Part shown: positions 39,906 through 50,324 of the stretch, piece after piece
How the letters are laid out: each line of letters begins with the position of its first letter
Numbering within the stretch: the stretch's first letter is position 1
NCBI GenBank assembly: GCA_009859145.1
Contig: VRVR01000009.1
Span: 62,001-126,000 of the forward strand
Origin: Andalucia godoyi And28
Lineage: Eukaryota; Protista; Jakobida
Length of the DNA: 64,000 bases
Reading direction: 5' to 3'
Notes under the pieces: generated by a model
What the model was told of the DNA's origin: nothing
The model's database searches: none
What the model saw: the letters and a program-made list of their open reading frames with translations, nothing else
Position numbers and translations under genes: made by a program

Positions 39906-40166
39906 GGGAAATGACAGGAAACAGGAGGATCTTTTTGGTTTGTCCATCCTCCCGTCTGCACTTTCCATTCTATACAGAACATCATCCTACACCTACATGT
40001 ACCATTTCCCCACCCCTCCTCTCCCGTTGACATTAAAAATGATTCCCATTTAATTATACATAACAAAAAAAAAATATTAAAAAATACAACATCAAACAAA
40101 CGACCCAGTTCGCTGCCTGCTGCGCAGTGCGTACCTGTGCACTCGCTGTGCGCTAAAAGCCATGAC

Positions 40167-40919
40167 TCATGATTGAATCTCTCCCTGCTGCAGCTCGGTG
40201 ACTTCCCAGGAAATGTTTGCTCGCGCTTGCGTCTCGAATGCATGTTGGATCACCGGAGTTCGAAAGATTGCAGAAGCGCCGAGGACCGATTTCAAGAAGG
40301 CAAGTCGACCCCGTTGGAAATCGGCGTCGGTCACATGCGAGTATTCCTTTCGCACGTTTGCAGCATATTCCTCATAAACACGACGCGGAGATCCAAGAAT
40401 CTGCATATCGAAATCAAGAAAGACGAGTGTGTCGGCAACCTGCTCAACAGTCCATGCTTCGTTTGGCGTCCATCCAAGATGCATTTTGGTAGCTCGGATG
40501 GTTTCCGCGACCCATTGTTTGTCGCTCTCGGCGAGATTCATTCCAGGAATCTTGAAAAACTCGCCAAGCAGCACAACTGAGTCTTCTTCGTTTGATTTGG
40601 ACTTTGCGTCGTACACGAGATCATGGAACAGGATGCACAGCTCCAGCAAGATCGAGTTCGAGACTATTGCAAGTCCAGCAAATTCACGGTGAAGTGCATA
40701 GAGATGAAATACATGACTCCAGTTGTGATAATGCCGAGACGGCTCTGCATACCGCTGCTGAAATAACGACCACCATTCCGCCGCGCTCTCATCCGAAACT
40801 CCAATGTCCACACACACGTTCGCCCAACGCGCTCTCAGAAACATCAGGTCTGGTTCATGGTCCACATCATCTTCACACCTGCAGCCCAATTCCTGCTCTG
40901 CATTGCAGTGTTCCTCCAT
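40167..40919 (-). CDS. HD-superfamily predicted metal-dependent phosphohydrolase (COG4339-like)
   Basis: YAEPSRHYHNWSHV, LFHDLVYD.K...NEEDS, ATKMH, FLDFDMQILGS....YEEY...VRKEYSHV....F..GR..FL, QARANI..E. The track start at 40973 is GTG; the first ATG is at 40919. Confidence 0.88.
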   Translation of the reverse strand: MEEHCNAEQELGCRCEDDVDHEPDLMFLRARWANVCVDIGVSDESAAEWWSLFQQRYAEPSRHYHNWSHVFHLYALHREFAGLAIVSNSILLELCILFHDLVYDAKSKSNEEDSVVLLGEFFKIPGMNLAESDKQWVAETIRATKMHLGWTPNEAWTVEQVADTLVFLDFDMQILGSPRRVYEEYAANVRKEYSHVTDADFQRGRLAFLKSVLGASAIFRTPVIQHAFETQARANISWEVTELQQGEIQS

Positions 40920-41611
40920 TCGGCCTCCTTCGCTCCAACAAAAATGGAACGAACTCGATCTACAAAGCGACACGCCTCTTTCATGTCAAGCTTGCGGGAA
41001 TACATACCCGCACTGCAATTTCGGGTGCAACAACTACGGGCGAGCTTAACGGTCGTTTTCTTTGCCCCGGGGGTTTTCCGTGTGCTGCAGCGTGTTGTGA
41101 CCCAGCGGATATACGTCGGTATGAACACGCAAGAAGCCGTGCAACGTGAAACTGGCAGTGACACTGCATCCGCGTTATCATGGCGGGGTATGACTGAGAG
41201 TGGAGAGAGGAAAAAGGACTGATTGCAAGCAGCAGCAGTAGAGTTTTGAGCGTGCAGAACATCTGCCGTTCTGCAGAAACCGAGGTGTCGTGTTCCAGAT
41301 GCCGACAGATGCGAAACTCTTCTGCTTTTGCTTCTGCTTCGTTTACTATGTATCACCCGCTGTTGCGATTCCACCAAGTGGAACGTCCGCCCCAAAAGAC
41401 AAGCGTGTATTTCTTTGTTCGTTCGCCGCCGCGTAAGACTGCCGAATGTTATTTCGAGGACTTTCTTGAATTCCACCTGCATGTGGTGTTAAAGGACTTT
41501 GTTTCATCAGCGTGCTTCGTCTTCTCCTCCAGCTTTTCTTTGCGGTTTTCTTCCTCTGTTATTGTTGCTCATCTGAGAGAAACAGCGTGCAAAGAGAAGA
41601 GAGAGAGAGAG

Positions 41612-42164
41612 ATGCCGAACCGCCCTGTTTACAACGAAATCGAAGAATTCCCGGCTGCATGGAATCCCGCTCCGCGAACGTACCCCCACCGAAAATTCTG
41701 AATCCCACGAATGCACTTCCTTTTCTCCGAGCGAGACCCGTTTGGAAATCAAAGTTGGCGGAAGTGTTTTCCCTTGCTCGAAGGAAATGCTTTGTTGGGA
41801 TCAGAAAGAAAACGGATTTCTCGGCATTCTCGGCGCTAAACTTGGGGCAAACAGAGCAAGCGAGCAGGGACCTGATCTGGACTACAAGGACAACTACGCT
41901 CTTGATCGCCGCTCTCCTGAACGGTTTCGCATTATTCTGCGCTATCTTAAGGGAATCGTGGACGGCATCGAGTACGAAAAGACTCCGAAAGGACTGCTGC
42001 ATTTGGCACTGCTGTATGCGGATGCTGACTTTTATGGTCTGGCAAGACTGAAGAAGAGCGTCTTGTTCAATTTGCGCAAGCTTGTAATGCAACTGGTCCT
42101 CGGCGGCGCGTCTTTTATGAAATGTTTGCCAGCACTACATCCGCCATGCAGTCATGGAAACTAG
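41612..42164 (+). CDS. Small KCTD-type BTB/POZ-domain protein; probable join(41612..41679,41732..42164), ~166 aa
   Basis: BTB_2 motifs IKVGGSVF, ALDRRSPERFRIILRYL and LYADADFYGLARL. The BTB frame has no ATG. The ATG at 41612 joins in frame through a putative 52-nt intron. Confidence 0.7.
41680..41731 (+). other. Putative short intron (52 nt) with an unusual GAG acceptor
   Basis: GTACCC...TTTTCTCCGAG. Removal gives an exact in-frame join (501 nt total), but both splice sites are weak. Confidence 0.4.
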
Positions 42165-42680
42165 CAACGATGCAAACATTTCCACTGAAAAGTAGACGGA
42201 CAGACCAAGTCGTCTGTCTCTGGTCTGTGGTCTCTGTTGCTTGGTGTTGTGCCAAGATTTCGAGATGTATGTACAATTTCCTGAAAACGTAAAGCCGCTT
42301 TGCCGTTTACTGTGCTCACCGGTGTCTCTTCGTAATCCAACGTACGTAGGCAAACGCCTTTTCCCCAGTCATTGAGTTGATGCTAGTCCACCTGTCATTT
42401 CACCTGCTGAGCGTTCAAAAGAGTCAAGCCTCAAGAGCAAAACAAAACAGCAAAAGCAACACTCGAACAGCCCTTCAACATTGCGTACTGTAATCGGCAG
42501 GACGTTCAAGTCAATGCAGCTTTCTTGCTTTGCCTTTCCTATTTCCCTCTTCCTTCTTCTTATTAACTTTTTTAATACATGTTCCACTCTTTTTACATAG
42601 TTTTTTAAATTAAATTTAGCCTTGTTTGTTCTGAGGCTGCGGCGACGACGACTTGGACTACGAGAGAGAGAGAGAGAGAG

Positions 42681-43946
42681 ATGGAGGAGCTGGGAATCAA
42701 GGCGTCTGTTGCGAGCGAAGCAACATCGAATCTCCAATCTGCAATCACGAATTCGTCGATGGACCGTGATTTTGTGGCGCGGCTGTCGGACTCAGCGATT
42801 GACTTGTACACTCGGATGAAGCTGCTGCAGCAGGAACTTGACTTTTTAGACATCCAAGAGGATTATGTGAAGGAGGAGCAAAAGGCACTTAAGCGTGAAC
42901 TTGCGAGAGCAAAGGAAGAAGTGAAGCGTATTCAGTCGGTTCCACTGATCGTTGGCCAGTACCTGGAAATGATTGATGCGAACACGTGCATTGTCGCATC
43001 GACAACCGGGTCGAATTACTATGTTCGGACGCTCTCGACGATTGACAGAGAACAACTGAAGCCAAACACATCCGTTGCACTGCACCGTCATTCACATGCA
43101 TTGGTTGATATTCTGCCTCCGGAAGCAGATTCCTCAATTAACTTGCTTGCATCGGGTGAGCGTCCGGATGTCACGTACGCAGATGTTGGTGGTCTTGACA
43201 TGCAGAAGCAGGAGATCCGCGAGGCCGTGGAGCTTCCGCTGAGCGAAGGCGATCTCTATGCGCAGATCGGTATTGATCCGCCTCGCGGAGTGCTCTTGTA
43301 TGGACCTCCTGGAACCGGAAAGACAATGTTGGCAAAGGCTGTTGCACACCACACCACCGCAGCATTCATCCGTGTCGTTGGTTCCGAATTTGTGCAAAAG
43401 TATCTCGGGGAAGGACCGCGAATGGTGCGTGATGTGTTCCGGCTTGCTCGTGAAAATGCGCCTGCAATCATCTTTATCGACGAAGTGGACTCAATTGCGA
43501 CAAAGAGGTTTGATGCTCAGACGGGAGCTGATCGCGAAGTGCAGAGAATCTTGATTGAGCTGCTCAATCAGATGGACGGTTTTGACCAGCACACCAATGT
43601 CAAGGTCATCATGGCGACGAATCGATGGGATACGCTTGATCCAGCGTTGTTGCGGCCAGGACGTTTGGACAGAAAGATCGAGTTCCCGATACCGGACCGC
43701 AGGCAAAAGAGGCTCATCTTCTCGGTGGTTACGTCTCGCATGAATCTTGCTGACGACGTCGATCTTGAGGACTTTGTGTCGCGGCCGGACCAGGTGTCGG
43801 CTGCAGAAATCAATGCTATTTGCCAGGAAGCCGGAATGCTTGCCGTCCGCAGAAACAGATACATTGTCATCCCGCGAGACTTTGAAAAGGCCTACAAGAA
43901 ACACGTCAAGAAAACAGAAGGCGAAGAAGCACATTTATATCTGTAA
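42681..43946 (+). CDS. PSMC4: 26S proteasome regulatory subunit 6B (Rpt3)
   Basis: [97 protein letters not shown]. Confidence 0.98.
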   Translation: MEELGIKASVASEATSNLQSAITNSSMDRDFVARLSDSAIDLYTRMKLLQQELDFLDIQEDYVKEEQKALKRELARAKEEVKRIQSVPLIVGQYLEMIDANTCIVASTTGSNYYVRTLSTIDREQLKPNTSVALHRHSHALVDILPPEADSSINLLASGERPDVTYADVGGLDMQKQEIREAVELPLSEGDLYAQIGIDPPRGVLLYGPPGTGKTMLAKAVAHHTTAAFIRVVGSEFVQKYLGEGPRMVRDVFRLARENAPAIIFIDEVDSIATKRFDAQTGADREVQRILIELLNQMDGFDQHTNVKVIMATNRWDTLDPALLRPGRLDRKIEFPIPDRRQKRLIFSVVTSRMNLADDVDLEDFVSRPDQVSAAEINAICQEAGMLAVRRNRYIVIPRDFEKAYKKHVKKTEGEEAHLYL

Positions 43947-44305
43947 AACCATTTACTTTGGGAGCTTTTCATGGCGGCATCCGTTGCCACTAGTGTTTTG
44001 ATACTTATCGTTTGCTCCGGTGCACTTGGCTGGGCTCCTGTGCTGTGCTGAACACAGTTTAACAATTGAAATGTACATGACCTGTACGCTATACAATGTA
44101 CCAGTCCGAAATGGACACACGACGGCGCGCTGGAAAGGGCTGTATTGGGGGAACGTTTCGATTCGATTTCGCAAAGCGGAGGAGGAAGAGAACAACAAGC
44201 AAGTGAGAAATTCGGTCAAAAAAATGAGGCGGGGGGGGCGCGAAGGAGGAGAAGGCGCTGCCAAGCAAATGACGGAATAACGGCGCAGTCGAATGCGAGG
44301 AGAGA

Positions 44306-45265
44306 CTATGCAGCCGGCTTCGGACTTGGGCTGCGGGAAGTCATCATCCAATGTCCACTATCGTCGGGTTGTTGCGCAGTGCTGAGTTCGTCGAGCGGAA
44401 TCGAAGCCAGCGACGGATGCGAAAGTCCGTGAGAAAGCCCAGTTCGGTGCATTGATTTTTCCTGATCACCATCGACCTGCTGTCCATGTTGGTGATGTCC
44501 ACATTGACGCTGTTGCTGTTGCTCCACACAAAGGGCGGTCACCTTTTCATCGACGAGAACGACGTCGTCGTCGTCAGCAGCTCCCGTCAGGGGAGGTGGC
44601 AGGACTGTGCGGCGTCGCCATACAACTGGGCATTCATTGCCGAAGCAGTGATGATCGTCCGTAGTAACATCCTCATCATCGGAAGCGGAATCAGCATCAG
44701 TACTGCAGATTGGAACTTCGCCTGTGGGCAACCGAAAACATCTCTTCTGCCAAACCAGTAACTGGACTCCAAATCCCCAGTTTGGCTGCGCTTGTGGCCG
44801 AACAATTCGTACTCTTTGGATTGCAGCCTGCAACGAAATGCGCTCCTTCCAAATCCAGTATGCCAGAATACACGACACAGACCGAGAAATCCCAGCAATG
44901 CAGTGCACAAGCACGCTTTTCCCGGAGTTGAGACCCTCTTCGATGAACCGCACAACCTGCGGAAGCAAATGCAAAATATTCGACGACACCTTGTCGTCGA
45001 TGTCCAGCGACATGATCTGGATCTGCGGATCAAACAGCTGCAGGACGTCCGTGGGGTATCTCCTCGCAGCGTTTAGAATATAGAATATCGAATAATCTGA
45101 AATCAGCTTGGTGCGCAGTCTCGCGACACCAATCAGATCCGTCAGATAAAGCCGCGGCGACACCTGGACAATCGATCCACGGCCGCGAAGCAGCTCCGGC
45201 GTCGCATCCTCCAATCGCTTCATGTACGAAATCAGCGCCGCCGAAACCTCCGTGTTTGGCAACAT
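44306..45265 (-). CDS. Dual-specificity protein phosphatase
   Basis: Active-site VLVHCIAGISRSVSCILAY (CX5R), general-acid loop LDIDD and RPQAQPNWGFGVQL. Confidence 0.92.
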   Translation of the reverse strand: MLPNTEVSAALISYMKRLEDATPELLRGRGSIVQVSPRLYLTDLIGVARLRTKLISDYSIFYILNAARRYPTDVLQLFDPQIQIMSLDIDDKVSSNILHLLPQVVRFIEEGLNSGKSVLVHCIAGISRSVSCILAYWIWKERISLQAAIQRVRIVRPQAQPNWGFGVQLLVWQKRCFRLPTGEVPICSTDADSASDDEDVTTDDHHCFGNECPVVWRRRTVLPPPLTGAADDDDVVLVDEKVTALCVEQQQQRQCGHHQHGQQVDGDQEKSMHRTGLSHGLSHPSLASIPLDELSTAQQPDDSGHWMMTSRSPSPKPAA

Positions 45266-45402
45266 TTTCCTTCCGTCCTCTTCTCAAGCGAGATGCCCCG
45301 TAATGCCAGTAATGTCAGTAATGAGGGGGATAACCTGATTTGTCGGGAATTACATGAACAGAAGGACTACAGCCACTGATGATGATAATGATGGTGATAA
45401 TA

Positions 45403-45465
45403 AACGATGAACAATGAACAATGAACGATAAACGACAAGCGATAAACGATAAATGATAAACGATG
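45403..45465. repeat. Nine-copy degenerate 7-bp tandem repeat (consensus AACGATA/G)
   Basis: aacgatg aacaatg aacaatg aacgata aacgaca agcgata aacgata aatgata aacgatg, in the divergent intergenic region between the DSP and ITFG1 genes. Confidence 0.85.
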
Positions 45466-45811
45466 ATATGACGACTGGCGAGAAGACTAAGAGTGAAAGG
45501 ATACCGTAGTTAGTGATGAGTAGAACGTCGATCGAGATTCACAAGACTGGGACTTTTGGACTGTTCGATCACCGAGTCTCAAGGTCTCAACTCGTGTGCG
45601 GGGGATTCTCTCCACACTACAGTAAGCATCAGATTTACCCCCCCGACAAAACAACGAAACGAGTCAGACGACGGAAAACGGGGAATCACTTGTACCTATA
45701 CAACCTACCAGATTAACGGGGAACGCTCAGTCGTATTCCACGCCGCCACCGAACACACGACGATCGAGAAGGGAGAGAGAGAAGAGAAAGGGTTATTTAT
45801 TCAATCCATCA

Positions 45812-47830
45812 ATGAGACGCTCAGCGGTGGCTGATTGTGCAGGATTCTTCTTGTTTTTGTTGCTGGTAGTGGGTGGAGTTGGGGTGGTGCGGTCGTCGTT
45901 TTGGAACCCGTGGAAAGGAAATGCACCTGAATTTGCATCAGAGGGGCTGTATCCTGTGTCGGTCGCAAGCAGCGCACAGGGCCTCGTGCTTTCTTCCTTT
46001 GGAGACGTGAACTCGGACAAGTACACAGATGCATTTTGGATCAACCCGGAGCGGTCGTTGGTGCAAATTGCAAAGTGGGACCATGATTCGTTTGGGTTTT
46101 CGCTTTCCGAGAACCTCGATCTGGACTTCTCGGGGGAGCCAGGAGCGGTCCATAGTACGTATCCCTCGGATTTCAACGGTGACGGACGAATGGACCTGTT
46201 GGTGGTGCGGCGCCTGGAAAACTCGACGCTGACTGCGACCACATACTTGCTAGACTTTTTCTTCCAGGACGCCGACTTGAAACGGTGGCAGTATTCTGCT
46301 CGATCTGCCGCGCGGTCTTGTATGCTGCCCATGGTTTTCGATGCGACCGGAGACCTTGTTCCCGATGTTTTGATCCAAGACTGCGACTCGAAACAGCTGG
46401 TCGTTCTCGTTAATGATGCGCGTGGACCTGTGCATCCAAGGTTCCGAACGGCTGTCTTCTCACAGTTTTGCCCAGACTGCTTTCCAGAATCAATCCTCTC
46501 TCCTTCATTCCGCTTGGCTTTGCAGGAGTCCAACGCAGTGTTGGATTTAGATGGGGACTGTGCGGCGGACATCGTCTTGTTCTACGTGACCGGCGATCCA
46601 TCCTCCACCGGACAGGCCGTCATGATGTTGGTCGCTCGGCATTCTGGAAACTCCAAATTCTCACCCGTAATGAGGATGCAGGTCCCGTTGAATGCATACT
46701 CGGTTTCTTTTGCAGACATCGATGCTGATGGTAACGTGGATATCATGGTTCCCACGTGCGAATCTGTGGATGCGACTTCGCCAACGGAGGGTGTTGTGCA
46801 TCTCCATCAGTTGATCAACTTGCAAAAGGGAGTATGCACTTCCGAAACCGACTCCAACTGCAGATCGGAAAAGGCAATGTGTTCCGCTGCATCGTTTACG
46901 TTCACAGAAAAGCCAAAGGACTATGGCCATCGAGTGTTCTCTCTCGGTACCACCTGCTTGCTCCCCACCTCAAAATCGGATTTGGACAAGTCCTCTCCTG
47001 GCGGCTTCTTCACACCAAAGTTGCGGTTCGGCGATCTCGACTTGGACGGATTTCCAGACTCGGTGTTTGTGCATCAAGGCGGAGTGCTGCTTCTTCGAAA
47101 CGACCGTGGTGACTCGTGGAGTTCAGGTTCGACGTTTGGTGGCCGTGTTTCGCACAGCATCTTCGCCCCGATTACCAATGCCATTTCTGCAGCATTTCTG
47201 GACCTTGATGAAAATGGGATACTGGATCTCGCCGTTATTTCATGGAACTCCGAGAAGAAGGCATTCGAAACGACGTTTCTGTACACGAATTTCTACCTCG
47301 ATGCATTCTTCCTCAAGGTTCTCGGACTGAATGGCGTTTGCGCCTCGTGGTGCAGCGAAGGCTCGCGGTTCCCGAACCCGAAGCCGTTTGGTGTGAACAT
47401 GCCTGGGGTGTCCTCAAAGTTTGTAGTAACCCAGTTGGACGGAAGCAAGGTTCCTGCCTCGGGCTTCCAGCTCGCTCAACTTGGTTCTCAAAACCTCGAG
47501 ATGCCGTACGCAGTCTACGGTCTTGGCCGCACTAACAACTACATCGAGTACTTTTACATGGGCTTTCCAAATGGGGTGCATCGTGACTGGAACGCCCTTA
47601 TTCCCAACGCTCAAGTCATTGCAATCAACTATCCACCGTCCAGCCCCGACGAATGGCAGCTGGAAATGTTCATTAGCCCCGCAGCCATCATTCTATGGAT
47701 GATCTTCACGCTCGGTCTCATCTTTCTTGCCCTTGGAATCCCCATTGCAGTTTACAAGTGGCGGGAGCTTAAAGAAGACAAGGAGGAAAAACAACGAACC
47801 GCACATCTATTCAGCTTTGATGCTCTATAA
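45812..47830 (+). CDS. ITFG1: ITFG1/LINKIN/TIP-like FG-GAP repeat type I membrane protein
   Basis: Signal peptide and repeated DxD/NxDG motifs (FGDVNSDKYTD, DFNGDGRMD, DLDGDCAAD, DIDADGNVD, FGDLDLDGFPD). Also FYLDAFFLKV..LNG, YGLGRTNNYIE, LIPNAQVIAI, a C-terminal TM and EDKEEK...AHLFSFDAL. Confidence 0.93.
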   Translation: MRRSAVADCAGFFLFLLLVVGGVGVVRSSFWNPWKGNAPEFASEGLYPVSVASSAQGLVLSSFGDVNSDKYTDAFWINPERSLVQIAKWDHDSFGFSLSENLDLDFSGEPGAVHSTYPSDFNGDGRMDLLVVRRLENSTLTATTYLLDFFFQDADLKRWQYSARSAARSCMLPMVFDATGDLVPDVLIQDCDSKQLVVLVNDARGPVHPRFRTAVFSQFCPDCFPESILSPSFRLALQESNAVLDLDGDCAADIVLFYVTGDPSSTGQAVMMLVARHSGNSKFSPVMRMQVPLNAYSVSFADIDADGNVDIMVPTCESVDATSPTEGVVHLHQLINLQKGVCTSETDSNCRSEKAMCSAASFTFTEKPKDYGHRVFSLGTTCLLPTSKSDLDKSSPGGFFTPKLRFGDLDLDGFPDSVFVHQGGVLLLRNDRGDSWSSGSTFGGRVSHSIFAPITNAISAAFLDLDENGILDLAVISWNSEKKAFETTFLYTNFYLDAFFLKVLGLNGVCASWCSEGSRFPNPKPFGVNMPGVSSKFVVTQLDGSKVPASGFQLAQLGSQNLEMPYAVYGLGRTNNYIEYFYMGFPNGVHRDWNALIPNAQVIAINYPPSSPDEWQLEMFISPAAIILWMIFTLGLIFLALGIPIAVYKWRELKEDKEEKQRTAHLFSFDAL

Positions 47831-48018
47831 ACAGAAAAACAGAATTTATCAACTAGTCGCAACGTACGCGGTTTTATTGTTTTGTGTCTTTTCTTTGTTA
47901 TTGTTATTGTTATTGTTATTGTTGTTGTTTTAGTAACAACTTGGCACTGGTATATTCCGTTATGAGTTTCAATGCAGCGACCTGCGAGTGATCTTCTTGC
48001 TTTGCATATTGGTGGTTG

Positions 48019-48207
48019 TCAGGAATTGGGGTTTCCAAGTGCCGACGCTGGAATATCGTACTTGTACACGATGTTTTCAGCTGCGACGGCAGAAACCGCA
48101 AAGCAGATGTCCTGTCGCAAAGCATGCAGATCCGCAATCACTGTTTTTCGCAGCACATCTTCGAATATCGCGACGAGATGCTCGTATTCTTCTTGGTCCT
48201 CGATCAT
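48019..48207 (-). CDS. Small hypothetical protein (62 aa)
   Basis: Protein-like acidic/helical composition (MIEDQEEYEHLVAIFEDVLRK...). The ATG is preceded by a GA-rich tract, as in several confirmed genes here. No recognisable family. Confidence 0.35.
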   Translation of the reverse strand: MIEDQEEYEHLVAIFEDVLRKTVIADLHALRQDICFAVSAVAAENIVYKYDIPASALGNPNS

Positions 48208-48673
48208 TAATATTCTCTCTCTCTCGCCTCTCCCTCTCTCTCGCCTCTCCCTCTCTCTCGCGGTCCGAGTGTGTCCGACAGTGTCCGCAGTAGAAGAAAC
48301 GGCTGGCTTTGGAGAGACCTGTTTTATTGCCTAATGCTTTACAGCGTATTACAGTCGTTTGTCCATGACTAGGAAAAAACGGACAAAGATCGTGGAATTG
48401 GGCACTACCCTTGCCCCGTGTGCAGCAACAACGTGCGTGCCTTTTACTCATTTACGGAGGGAAAGCAAAACACTCCATGCCTGTTAGCATTGCATATTCA
48501 AGTATGCCATTCGAGTGTTTGCGTTCCTTGATTATTTTTCTTCAGGTTTTTGTTCTTTCTTTTATTATAATTTAAAGTGTTGACTAGTTGTTGTTGGTCG
48601 TTGGTTACGTACAAGGTTTGGCTGCGTGTCCAAAAGGGGGTGGAAAAGAAGAAGACGAAAAGTAATTTAAAAA

Positions 48674-50011
48674 ATGGATGAGGAGTATGATGCAATTGTG
48701 CTTGGGACCGGGCTTTCGGAATGTGTGATTTCTGGGTTGCTGTCCGTGTCTGGATACAAGGTTCTGCATGTGGACCGCAACAACTTTTATGGCGGCGCGT
48801 GTGCGTCGCTGAATCTGCAGCAGCTGTACCAGCAAGTGCGTGGGAGTGAAGAGAAGCCTCCTGCGTCTCTTGGGTTGTCGCGCGAGTACTATGTCGATCT
48901 GGTTCCAAAGTTCATTGTGTCTGCAGGAAAGCTTGTCCGGCTGTTGGTGTACACAAAGGTGACTCGCTATCTGGAGTTCGTGCTTGTGGAGGGCTCGTTT
49001 GTGTATGACAAGAAGGGAAAGGTGCACAAGGTTCCTGCAACGGACGGAGAGGCGCTCAAGTCGCCGTTGATGGGCCTTTTTGAGAAGCGGCGATGTGCAA
49101 AGTTCTTGTCGTTTGTTGCAGACTACGACGAGGCGAATCCGTCGACTCAAAAGTACGACGCGAAGATGCAAATGTCGGAGCTGTACAAAAAATTCGATCT
49201 TTCGGAAGACACGCAGCAGTTCATTGGCCACTGCATTGCGCTGCATTTGAATGACGACTATCTGTCGGAACCTGCACTCGAGACAATTAAGAGAATCCAG
49301 CTGTATAATGACTCGTTGGAGCGCTTTGGAACATCGCCGTTCTTGTATGTTCCGTATGGCCTCGGAGAGCTTCCGCAGGCCTTTGCCCGTTTGTCGGCTG
49401 TGTACGGAGGAGTGTACATGCTGGATCGCCCGGTGGACGAGATCTTGTTCAACGAGGAGGGAAAGGCGTGCGGAATCAAGTCGAATGGAGAGTCTGCGCG
49501 CTGCAAGTTCATTGTCGGAGACCCTTCGTATTTCCAAAAGTACGACAAGGTGCGCCAGACAGGAAAGGTCGTTCGCTGCATTTGCATTTTGGACCACACA
49601 GTTGCAAACACAAACGATGCCAAGGCCTGCCAGATCATCATTCCGCAAAAGCAGGTTGGGCGACAGAATGATATCTACATTTCAGTCATTTCTTCCGAGT
49701 TCAAGGTTGCACCTGCTGGAAAGACTGTGGTGATTCTGTCCACCAAGGTGGAGACTGCGAATCCGGAAGCCGAGCTGCAGGCTGGATTCGATCTTTTGGG
49801 ACCGATTCAGGAGAAGTTCACCGTCATTTCCGATGCATACGAGCCGTTGGACGATGGTAAGAAGGATGCATGCTTCATTTCAAAGACGTATGACGCGACT
49901 TCGCATTTGGAGACGACTGCAGACGATATCATTTCCCTGTGGTCGCGCATCACTGGAAAGGACCTCGACTGGGAGAAGCTTTCCGTTGCCGATGCTGAAC
50001 AAGCACAATAG
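48674..50011 (+). CDS. GDI1: Rab GDP-dissociation inhibitor
   Basis: MDEEYDAIVLGTGL.ECVISGLLSVSG.KVLHVDRNNFYGG, VDLVPKF, VPATDGEALKSPLMGLFEKRR, PYGLGELPQAFARLSAVYGG.YML, YDATSHLETT. Confidence 0.97.
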   Translation: MDEEYDAIVLGTGLSECVISGLLSVSGYKVLHVDRNNFYGGACASLNLQQLYQQVRGSEEKPPASLGLSREYYVDLVPKFIVSAGKLVRLLVYTKVTRYLEFVLVEGSFVYDKKGKVHKVPATDGEALKSPLMGLFEKRRCAKFLSFVADYDEANPSTQKYDAKMQMSELYKKFDLSEDTQQFIGHCIALHLNDDYLSEPALETIKRIQLYNDSLERFGTSPFLYVPYGLGELPQAFARLSAVYGGVYMLDRPVDEILFNEEGKACGIKSNGESARCKFIVGDPSYFQKYDKVRQTGKVVRCICILDHTVANTNDAKACQIIIPQKQVGRQNDIYISVISSEFKVAPAGKTVVILSTKVETANPEAELQAGFDLLGPIQEKFTVISDAYEPLDDGKKDACFISKTYDATSHLETTADDIISLWSRITGKDLDWEKLSVADAEQAQ

Positions 50012-50324
50012 TACGGTAAAACACAACAACACAATACAACACCAAGTACTGTGCTGCTTTCTATTCCCGAACACATTGAACATGAGCTACCCGGCGTTGT
50101 CGTTTGTTTGTTGTTTGTACATTTTGCTTTTGAATTTTATGGGCCAGCACTGTAGGGACATTTTCATCGGTGTCGGCATCGTGGGCAGGATTTCCCACCA
50201 AGCAAATCGCAAAGTAAAGAAGCCCACTGTACTGCGTAAGAATTGAAATGGATTGCTCGCGTTGTCGTTGTTAATGCTCTTGTTAATGATGAAGATGACG
50301 CTGAGGCTGGCGATCATGGCGACG

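Noticed and set aside
40844-41482. 212-aa minus-strand ORF upstream of and overlapping the HD gene
   Set aside because: R/S/C-rich with no domain. It overlaps the HD start in another frame and lies in a probable divergent promoter.
48439-48447. GCCTTTTAC, the invariant U5 snRNA loop-1 sequence, with some flanking complementarity
   Set aside because: The closing stem is only ~3 bp and no Sm site (RAU4-6GR) lies at the expected distance. A 9-mer match is expected about 0.5 times by chance in this window. Infernal with RF00020 would settle it.
48605-49648. 347-aa antisense ORF over GDI (similarly 53876-54688 over SerRS and 50335-50832 over POC1)
   Set aside because: These lie fully antisense to highly conserved genes and are explained by codon bias.
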